From: Rubripirellula sp. | Lineage (GTDB): Bacteria; Planctomycetota; Planctomycetia; Pirellulales; Pirellulaceae | DNA: 64,000 nucleotides | Assembly (NCBI GenBank): GCA_965216875.1 | Contig: OZ244207.1 | Span: forward strand, 6,464,001 to 6,528,000 | Reading direction: 5' to 3' | In this document: positions 38,504 through 47,369 of the stretch, one piece after another | Numbering within the stretch: the first letter of the stretch is position 1 | How the letters are laid out: every line of letters starts with the position of its first letter | Made by a program: the position numbers and the translations under genes | The notes under the pieces: generated by a model | What the model saw: only the letters and a program-made list of their open reading frames with translations | Database searches by the model: none | Told to the model about the DNA's origin: nothing

Positions 38504-39622
38504 CTATGCGGGAGCTGGGTTGCCGAAACTCACCAGGTTTCGCAAGCAGATCATGATTCGGTCGAGGCACAGACCAATCAGGCCGATGATGATCACGCTG
38601 AATGCGATACGTGCGTAGGTAACGCTGCTACCGTTTTGGAATTCGTCCCAGACGAATTTTCCAAGCCCAGGGTTTTGGGCCAACATGTCAGCGGCAATCA
38701 GAACCATCCAACCCACGCCAAGACTGATCCGCATTCCAGCGAACATCAGTGGCAAACTTGCAGGCAAGATGATCTTGAAGAGTTGCTGCGACCACGAAAG
38801 CTTCAGCACTTTCGCGACGTTCATGTAATCCTTGTCCACGCTGGCAACGCCAAGAGTGGTGTTGACCAAAGTCGGCCATAACGAGCAAAGACAAACGGTG
38901 GTTGCCGAAATCAGAAACGCTTTGGGGAACAGGGGTTCGCCATCGGTTTGACCGCTGTAGGCCCAGATGATGACCAGGCCAGCGAGCGGCAACCATGCGA
39001 GTGGGCTAACCGGTTTGAAGACCTGGATCAATGGAGTCAACGCCGCGTTGAACCAAGGGCTCATGCCGCAAAGCACACCCAGTGGTACAGCGATAAAGGT
39101 GGCGATCGCAAAACCAAAGAAGACCGTTTTGAGGCTTGTTTTGATCTGGTCGACAAAGGTGGGTGCACTCGAGGGTTGATAGTTGGCTGCGATGACAGCT
39201 TTCTTTTTCAACGCCAATGCATTTGCCTGGCAGAGTTCTTTGTCTTTGCCGCTGACGGTTCCTGCTTTCTTTTCGTAAGCCTTGGCTTGGGCCATGAAGG
39301 TGACCGCTTCTTTCAGCTTGGCTTGTTTCTTAACAGCATCCTGAGCCTTCTGCTCTTTGTGCATCGCAAACAGTTCGGAACCTGCTGCCCACGTTGATGC
39401 GGGACTTGGCAATTGCATGCTGTCGGTCACGACGTACTTTGCGGCCAATGTCCAGCCACCCAGGAACAACGAGATCGCGGCGATAGGCAGGAACACAAAC
39501 TTTGCGATGCCTTTGAACTGTTCCTTTGGATCTTCGCCGGCGGCTAGCCGCACAAAGGGTTCCAAAATGGGGAGCCCTGCGACGTTGCAGAATCGCAGTG
39601 CATTTCCTCGCCAATTAGCCAT
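38504..39622 (-). CDS. nrtB: Nitrate ABC transporter permease
   Basis: PVSPLAWLP, LWPTLVNT, GMRISLGVGWMVLIAA, GLGKFVWDEFQNG. Confidence 0.9.
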   Translation of the reverse strand: MANWRGNALRFCNVAGLPILEPFVRLAAGEDPKEQFKGIAKFVFLPIAAISLFLGGWTLAAKYVVTDSMQLPSPASTWAAGSELFAMHKEQKAQDAVKKQAKLKEAVTFMAQAKAYEKKAGTVSGKDKELCQANALALKKKAVIAANYQPSSAPTFVDQIKTSLKTVFFGFAIATFIAVPLGVLCGMSPWFNAALTPLIQVFKPVSPLAWLPLAGLVIIWAYSGQTDGEPLFPKAFLISATTVCLCSLWPTLVNTTLGVASVDKDYMNVAKVLKLSWSQQLFKIILPASLPLMFAGMRISLGVGWMVLIAADMLAQNPGLGKFVWDEFQNGSSVTYARIAFSVIIIGLIGLCLDRIMICLRNLVSFGNPAPA

Positions 39623-39810
39623 GATCTTGTCGTTAACTTTCGTGGAGGGGGTCTAAGTTAAATTGGTTGTTCGGTGTTTGTTTTGTTTGGCAATCCACGG
39701 CCAGGCCGGACACAGGGCACCGGACCCTGCATCCGACCCGTATTGGCCGCTTCACGAACCAAGTGACCGAGGCGGTCAGCCACAAGGTTCGACAGCTTGC
39801 AAGGTTGGTG

Positions 39811-41301
<1,491 letters not shown>

Positions 41302-41420
41302 GGGAGGCAACCTTACGTTCGTGGGGTGCAAAAGTCATTGGGTGTAATACCTCTTGCGAGCCGCCACTGCCGAGGTTGCAACATTCCCGACCGGTGCTCG
41401 GAAACGTTACAACGGGCCTA

Positions 41421-41440
41421 AATGCAACAGCCGTGCCAAA
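41421..41440 (-). promoter_or_regulatory. sigma54 -24/-12 promoter of the nrt-nas-nir unit
   Basis: Minus strand TTGGCACGGCTGTTGCA matches TGGCAC-N5-TTGCA exactly. Confidence 0.85.
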
Positions 41441-41560
41441 ACCACTTTGAGAGTTTTCTTTCGCATTCGCGAAGCGTGTTGATTCCGCCCCAGTGCGCAA
41501 CAATGTGAACCTTCCCCACCTTGTTGCTGAACATTCATCTCCGTTTCTTTTCCAAAGACC

Positions 41561-41615
41561 CGCTGGTTCATTGGGCAGCTGCCTGAGAATTAGGCGAGTG
41601 CCGAAAATCCGCGCA
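41561..41615. promoter_or_regulatory. Three 17-bp GC-N11-GC boxes (NtrC-like enhancer)
   Basis: CGCTGGTTCATTGGGCA, TGCCTGAGAATTAGGCG, TGCCGAAAATCCGCGCA, about 120-175 bp upstream of the -24 element. Confidence 0.5.
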
Positions 41616-41785
41616 ACTGCGGTAGGGGTGGCAAGGTAGGTTGTGGGGTAGTGCCCGTGAGCCCCCGGACGTGAGGCCTCGGGCGCGGCCCCGTTGGCAC
41701 GGTTTTGTGCCGTGTTAGGGGCCCAGCGTTCAGGGCCAGGGCGCTTACGCTTTACATGACCGCCAGGATTCACGGCCTTTCCCGC

Positions 41786-41913
41786 GCTCCAACAATCACC
41801 CTCCCGCTTGCGGGAGGGTCGGACGCAAAGTCCGGGGAGGGAACGATCTCAAATTATGCAACCCTCTCCGGGCCTTAGAGCCCGACTCTCCCAAGGGAGA
41901 GTGTTGACATGCG
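41786..41913 (+). repeat. Repeat family A, full copy (~125 bp, multi-hairpin)
   Basis: Nearly identical to 57051-57170 apart from a variable middle. Confidence 0.9.
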
Positions 41914-41919
41914 CAGTTT

Positions 41920-42345
41920 CTAGCCCGCAGCGCGTTGCGACTCGTGCGCTGCTTTGAGCATCACCGTGCTCAACGTGGTGTAGGTCTCCGTCCAGGCTTC
42001 TTTCACCTCCTCGGTAAAGTCGTCACCAAGACCTTGTTCGAGCGTCCACAACAAGGCGGCTCCTACGGTTTCGTAACTGTCGTCCGGGACACCGTAGCCG
42101 ACGTGCCGGCGACCAAGGTCTTCCACCGCCGGAATGATCGATTCGAGTCGGGTTAAGGATGTGACAGCGAGGTTCAAAGTGGCCATTAGCTTCTTGCCCT
42201 GCTCACTCATGTCTCCTTTGAAGAGCGATTGGAGCGAGGGGTCGAGGGTAAAGAGCCGGCCGTAAAAGAGTTGTGCGGCTTGCTCGGAGATGGGTTTGAC
42301 CTTTTCCCAGCTGGTTTGGACCAATTCAATTTGTTCGGGGGTCAT
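41920..42345 (-). CDS. Single-domain globin (Vgb / flavohaemoglobin-globin-like)
   Basis: MTPEQIELVQTSW, FYGRLF, LGRRHVGYGV, YETVGAALLWTLEQGLG, AW. Confidence 0.93.
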   Translation of the reverse strand: MTPEQIELVQTSWEKVKPISEQAAQLFYGRLFTLDPSLQSLFKGDMSEQGKKLMATLNLAVTSLTRLESIIPAVEDLGRRHVGYGVPDDSYETVGAALLWTLEQGLGDDFTEEVKEAWTETYTTLSTVMLKAAHESQRAAG

Positions 42346-42470
42346 TGGGTAGTTCTCTCGTTGGAGGGATCAAAGTGGTAAGGCGATTCGTTAGGAGCGA
42401 ATCAACTCGAAAGGATTGGGGGACCGGCATCCATGCCGACGCGACATCCCTGTTCGTTCATGCCAATCCA

Positions 42471-43112
42471 TTAAGGAAGGGGAACACGGACGAGGACGCC
42501 CCCCATGACGTCATCCTTGCCAAACTCTGGATAGTCATCACCGCGATTGGAGTGATCGTTGTGGCAACTCCAGCAAGCTTCGGCGACAGCTCGGTCGGGA
42601 TAGACCGCGACGAAGTAGTTTTTGCCACCGAGCGTTTCTTCGCCGTAAAAGTTCTCGCCGGGGTTGTCGCTCAAGAAATCAAGCGCCTTGGTCTCGAACT
42701 CGCTCTTCGGTTTGTGCTGTTCATTCAATGGCCACTTGCTGCGCAGTGAATAGGTGAAGCCAGCTTCCGGGTTTTCATCGACGAGCTCGGCGCCCATCCG
42801 GAACATTTGTGCCGGAAGCGGGATCGCGTTGTCCGTGTCGGACCAGTACTCGTCGGCGGTGACCGGAGCGTCCTGTTTCTTGAGATTTGTGACGACATGT
42901 TTGGCGTAGACCGTTCGGTCAGCCATCATCACGGCATGCACGCCATCGGCAAACATGCGTGGCGTGATACCAGCAGGCGGTGTCGACGACGCTTCCGAGG
43001 AACTGCAACCGGTCAGCATAAGGGTGGTCAGGACGATGACGACGCAAAGGCCGCCCACGCATTGTTCGATCTTGAACTCGCGTGATGCCGGGCGTTCGAA
43101 GAGACGGTTCAT
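42471..43112 (-). CDS. Exported monoheme c-type protein, DUF3365/Tll0287-like, probable lipoprotein
   Basis: Lipobox LTGC; LPAQMFR; CWSCH; DVMGGVLVRVP. Confidence 0.8.
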   Translation of the reverse strand: MNRLFERPASREFKIEQCVGGLCVVIVLTTLMLTGCSSSEASSTPPAGITPRMFADGVHAVMMADRTVYAKHVVTNLKKQDAPVTADEYWSDTDNAIPLPAQMFRMGAELVDENPEAGFTYSLRSKWPLNEQHKPKSEFETKALDFLSDNPGENFYGEETLGGKNYFVAVYPDRAVAEACWSCHNDHSNRGDDYPEFGKDDVMGGVLVRVPLP

Positions 43113-43277
43113 AGTAGGTTTCTTTCACTTAGGTTGAGGGATCATGTTCGGTTTTGTTGACGCGAAGTCGTTCGCGGTACCAGCTCTCGCCAGAATCCTT
43201 CGGCAGGAAGTCAGTACCGCGAACCTTCGCATGCGATCGTTGCAATTACGGTGGGTGCATCGTTTTTCGGTTCACGT

Positions 43278-44717
43278 TCATTTCCCCGTGTTCGACTTTT
43301 CTCGAGTCCGCTTGCGCGCCTTGCGGGCCTGTTCTTTCAGCTCGAACCAGTCGTGAGCCATCCGCACACTCTCGTTTCGCTCAAGCGGAACGTCGGCGAA
43401 ACAGGAGTCAACGAGTTGGGGGTCCGAAAGCGCGCTCAACGAATACTCAAGTCCGTGGCAGTGCCCACAAACTTCTCGAGCCATCGTTTCGTTGGGCCGC
43501 AGGTTTGCGTTTTGGTCGTGGTTGACCCACACATCCCCGTCCTTTTCCAGACGTGGCATGTGGCAAGTCGCACAACTGACTCCGCTGCCAGCTGGAAGCT
43601 CGCCAGCAAGCTCTTTGTTCCAGAGATCTGCGTGAGCTGTGGTGTCGTAGGCGATCGTGTGTGCGTCGGCATGACACTGTTTGCAAGCACCAACGGATGC
43701 CCACTCGGTGTCAAATCGATGCCCGCCATGGCAACTGTTGCAAGTCAGCTCTCGATGGGCCGAGTCGGTGTGCATCGGCAGCCGGGCAAGCGATGGTGAC
43801 ATCGGCGAAAGGCCGACTGCCAATCGCATCCCGTGGCGACCGGTGACAAAGGACTCGGTTTGCGCTTCGTGACATTGACCACAGGCGTCCATCGAAACCG
43901 CATCGGACCAGTCTTTGGATTCGACGTCCGCGTGACAGGCACTGCAATTCACACCGGCAGCGGCGTGAGCCGTGCTGGCCCAGTCGTCAAGGATCGATTG
44001 GTCAAGTTGCTGATCGGTCGGACCGTCGTGTTGATGTGCTTGGAGTGATTGATCGTTGGCCTGTTTGGACTCCTTCCCTACTAGGGATGAGTCCCACGAC
44101 GTGAGGAAATTGCGAAGGGGAACGCGCGCTTCGGCAAGGTGATCGCTTTGTCCGAAGTGATCGTTGAGGTATTTCTCGTAGAGCGCACGATTGTCGTGGT
44201 AATTGTGACATCCAGCCGTCGAGCAACTGGTGTAAGAAAGGTCTGCGTGGCTCGGTCGGGAGTCGGCGACATCTTGATGACAGTGCCAGCAGTAGTCGTT
44301 GGGGACGGTTAGACCCATGGCCGAGGTTTGTTCGGGAACATGTTCCCGATGACACGTCAAACAGTTTTGTGCATCAAGCACAAGCAGCATGTCGGCGTTG
44401 GTCGGATCGTTGAATTTTTTGGCAGGATGCGTGTCGCTGGCGATTCGTAGTTGGTCGGCATGGCATCGATTGCACGCGTCCTGCATCACGGCGCCGACGG
44501 CCCCGGCGGCCGATTGGTCTTCCATCGCAGGCGCATGACAAGCATTGCAATCCAATTCGATTTGGTAATGACCGTGCGTGGTCTTGCCCGGCAGGAACGT
44601 GGTTTTGATCGATGATGCAGGTGCCAACAGCGCGTAGCTAAGGTAGCCTGCGATCACGAGGTTCAGGACCAACCAAGTTGTCCAACTGCGAGCATGTTTG
44701 CGAAGCATCGTTTCCAT
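43278..44717 (-). CDS. Membrane-anchored/exported multiheme cytochrome c (10 CxxCH + 1 CX4CH)
   Basis: CNACH, CNRCH, CLTCH, CWHCH, CSTAGCH, CSACH, CGQCH, CNSCH, CKQCH, CATCH, CGHCH; N-terminal hydrophobic helix; start follows the upstream stop at 44723. Confidence 0.9.
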   Translation of the reverse strand: METMLRKHARSWTTWLVLNLVIAGYLSYALLAPASSIKTTFLPGKTTHGHYQIELDCNACHAPAMEDQSAAGAVGAVMQDACNRCHADQLRIASDTHPAKKFNDPTNADMLLVLDAQNCLTCHREHVPEQTSAMGLTVPNDYCWHCHQDVADSRPSHADLSYTSCSTAGCHNYHDNRALYEKYLNDHFGQSDHLAEARVPLRNFLTSWDSSLVGKESKQANDQSLQAHQHDGPTDQQLDQSILDDWASTAHAAAGVNCSACHADVESKDWSDAVSMDACGQCHEAQTESFVTGRHGMRLAVGLSPMSPSLARLPMHTDSAHRELTCNSCHGGHRFDTEWASVGACKQCHADAHTIAYDTTAHADLWNKELAGELPAGSGVSCATCHMPRLEKDGDVWVNHDQNANLRPNETMAREVCGHCHGLEYSLSALSDPQLVDSCFADVPLERNESVRMAHDWFELKEQARKARKRTREKSNTGK

Positions 44718-44722
44718 CACCC

Positions 44723-46765
44723 TCAGTCGCTGAACCAGTAGAAACTGAGAATGTGAAACGCAATCAGCAGCGGCAATGGCCAGAACAGCCAGAGGTGCAA
44801 ACGCGTCAGTCGGGGCCGCCAACATCGCAGCAGCATCGCCCACGATCCCTCCAATCGTGACTCGATGCTGCTGGCGATGCCGGCAAGCGTCCCGAAGATG
44901 GCCGTTCCAATGAAGACCAGCGAAAGAACCAAATTCAAGTTCTCGCCAAGGCGAAAGCCGGTATGCACGGCGATCGCAACAATGGCGGCTGTCCCCAAAA
45001 TGGCGTGTACGGCACGCCATAACCCATAGCTTCCAAACTGAAATCGGCTGATGCGTTTTCGCAGCGAGAAGATCATCCCCACAAGCATCAAACCGAGAAG
45101 CGTGAATCCGCTGAACTGACGCGCCACATCATCGCGCCAAAGCCAATCGATTTTTCGGTGTCCGTCGCGAACGCTTTCGGCCAGTGGGATAGGCGATGCG
45201 AGGATCAAGCCCACCAACAAGATCAAGCCAACGATCGAAGCAACCAGAACGGGTGTCGCGGCGGGTACTCGCGTCCCTTCCGATTTCTGCCCGGCAAGTT
45301 CGCATACTAACGATCGACAACTTCCGCACGCCGTTGATGCACCTGTGGTCTCGGCGAGTGCGTCCGGGCACGTCGTGCCGGCGGCAACCAAGTTTGCTAG
45401 CGCACCTTTGGTGACAGCGCGGCACGCGCAGACAATGCTTGATGCGGGCCATTGGGTTACCGAAAGCGTTCCGGTTTCTGGCCAGGGATTGCCAGTCAAT
45501 CGGAATCGCCGACGATGCCACGGCCACAATCGCGTCTGCCGGTGCACGGCCTGTCGAATCTGTGGCAACTCTTTCCATTGTCCGACACTTGCTGCGCCGA
45601 CGACGCAACCTTGATGAAGGATCAATTTGCGATAACAGTTGTCGGCCTTGAAAGTCAGCGTGATTCCATCCGGTTCGTCACCGATGGCGCGACCAAGCGC
45701 CGCAACGTCAACGCCAAGCAGCTTCAGTTCGGCCGACTCATCGGCACCCTCGAATGTTTCGTCGCCGCCAACGAGACGCGAAGCCAAGACATCCGCCATG
45801 CGGTAACAAGGAGCAACCAAGCCATACACGTGATCTCGGAAGCTTGCGCACTCACCGATCGCATGAATCGTTGGGTCACTGGTCGCAAGGTCCTCGGCAA
45901 TGGAAATTCCGCCACGCGGACCCACATCAAGTCCACACTCTCGAGCCAATTCGTCGTTCGGAATGACGCCCGCTGCAATGATCAAGATGTCGGTTTTGAG
46001 CGGTTTTGCATTGTCGAATCGAATCTCAAGTGTTTTGTCGTCCGTGGCCGCGATCGATCTGGCTCGACGCGTCAAATGAACATCTACTCCCAACGTTTCA
46101 ACGCGTTCTTTCAACAGTTCAGCGGCGCGCCAATCGAGTTGTCGTGGCATCAACCGGCCAGCCATCTCGACAACACTTGTTTGCAGTCCGAGATCAAAGA
46201 GGACTTTGGCTGCTTCCAATCCGAGCAGACCGCCTCCCATCACGACTCCGATCTTGGCCCGCCTTTCACGGACAAATTCGCCGATTCTCTCGAGATCGTC
46301 TAAAGTTCGATAAACGAAAACGCCCGGTTGATTGGCACCTTCGAGTTTGGGCAGGCGGGCACGCGAGCCGGTTGCCAAGACAAGCTGGTCGTACGGATGG
46401 ACATTCGCCTGGTCGTCAATGATGCAGCGTTGCTGGCGATCGATCTTGACGATCCGACGGCCAGTATGAAGTGTGATCTGATGGGTTTCGTACCAATCGG
46501 AGTCCGCAAGTTCGAGGGATTTGGGCGAACTGCCTTGCAAGCACTTTGAAAGATTCACCCGGTCGTAGGCAGGTGTTGGCTCTTCGCCAAAGATCGCGAC
46601 ATGAAAGTTGTCGATCGCGTTGCTTGAAACCAAACGCTGGCACAACCCATAACCAGCCATCCCGCCACCAACGATCAATAGTCGTGGCAAGACGCGGCTC
46701 GGGCGCACAGTCGAATCGTACGTCGATTGACTTGGTTGCGATGCAGCTTCGGTTGCGACAGCCAT
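44723..46765 (-). CDS. NirB-like FAD/NADH oxidoreductase + BFD [2Fe-2S] + C-terminal membrane domain (putative di-heme b)
   Basis: IVGGGMAG, YDRVNLS, LATGS, GGGLLGLEAA, AIGECA, LKLLGVDV; CAC..CGSC; ~5 TM helices with two His-x13-His pairs; no siroheme domain. Confidence 0.85.
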   Translation of the reverse strand: MAVATEAASQPSQSTYDSTVRPSRVLPRLLIVGGGMAGYGLCQRLVSSNAIDNFHVAIFGEEPTPAYDRVNLSKCLQGSSPKSLELADSDWYETHQITLHTGRRIVKIDRQQRCIIDDQANVHPYDQLVLATGSRARLPKLEGANQPGVFVYRTLDDLERIGEFVRERRAKIGVVMGGGLLGLEAAKVLFDLGLQTSVVEMAGRLMPRQLDWRAAELLKERVETLGVDVHLTRRARSIAATDDKTLEIRFDNAKPLKTDILIIAAGVIPNDELARECGLDVGPRGGISIAEDLATSDPTIHAIGECASFRDHVYGLVAPCYRMADVLASRLVGGDETFEGADESAELKLLGVDVAALGRAIGDEPDGITLTFKADNCYRKLILHQGCVVGAASVGQWKELPQIRQAVHRQTRLWPWHRRRFRLTGNPWPETGTLSVTQWPASSIVCACRAVTKGALANLVAAGTTCPDALAETTGASTACGSCRSLVCELAGQKSEGTRVPAATPVLVASIVGLILLVGLILASPIPLAESVRDGHRKIDWLWRDDVARQFSGFTLLGLMLVGMIFSLRKRISRFQFGSYGLWRAVHAILGTAAIVAIAVHTGFRLGENLNLVLSLVFIGTAIFGTLAGIASSIESRLEGSWAMLLRCWRPRLTRLHLWLFWPLPLLIAFHILSFYWFSD

Positions 46766-46905
46766 AGGCGGAGGGAGAACCCATGCAAGGGCGCAGTTGC
46801 CGCCTTCAACTGATGTTATTCATGTAATGGGCCAAGCTGTCGGGATCGCAGACAACGTTTGCAACCGCTCACGCAAACGTTGTTAAAGCGAGCCGGAATG
46901 CAGGT

Positions 46906-46923
46906 AATGCAACCGCCGTGCCG
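46906..46923 (-). promoter_or_regulatory. sigma54 -24/-12 promoter of the oxidoreductase-cytochrome-globin unit
   Basis: Minus strand TCGGCACGGCGGTTGCATT, nearly the same as the nrtA promoter. Confidence 0.8.
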
Positions 46924-47053
46924 AAACGGATTCGGATGTCGTCTCAAGATCGTCTGTCGCCGGAACGAAGAGCGCAACCGTCAGTCATGGGCGCGATCCG
47001 AGCCACAGAGCGGTGTGAATTAGAAAATGTCAGTGCTCAAAACTAAGCCTGAG

Positions 47054-47091
47054 TGCACGTTAACTTTGCACGGTTGCGCAATCGTTAGGCC
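47054..47091. promoter_or_regulatory. Two 17-bp GC-N11-GC boxes (NtrC-like enhancer)
   Basis: TGCACGTTAACTTTGCA and TGCGCAATCGTTAGGCC, 21 bp apart, about 130-170 bp from the -24 element. Confidence 0.5.
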
Positions 47092-47369
47092 GCTGAAGAG
47101 GCCAAGTGCTCGTTGACTAGGCAAACTTTGCCGATTGCGACGTTCAGCCCGCTTTTCAGGGCCAGCTCCGAGAAACGAATCGCGAATACCGCAGGAATTC
47201 GCAACGATTTCGCCACGATCTACCGATGCATGAAAAACATCGCCTCAATCGGCGAGCGTACGATCGCACGATGGATTGTGTGTTTTTCAGGCGGTGAGCG
47301 ACACAGAATCCATGTTGCTGCGACGAAATCGATAGAGAAGAACAAATCCAGGAAGGGAGTCTCACTGCC

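Noticed and set aside
41695..41711. Plus-strand sigma54-like TTGGCACGGTTTTGTGC
   Set aside because: GG-GC spacing is 11 rather than 10, it lies within a repeat hairpin, and no plus-strand gene follows
44718..45020. 101-aa N-terminal extension of the multiheme cytochrome
   Set aside because: Overlaps the upstream gene; the signal/anchor begins at 44717
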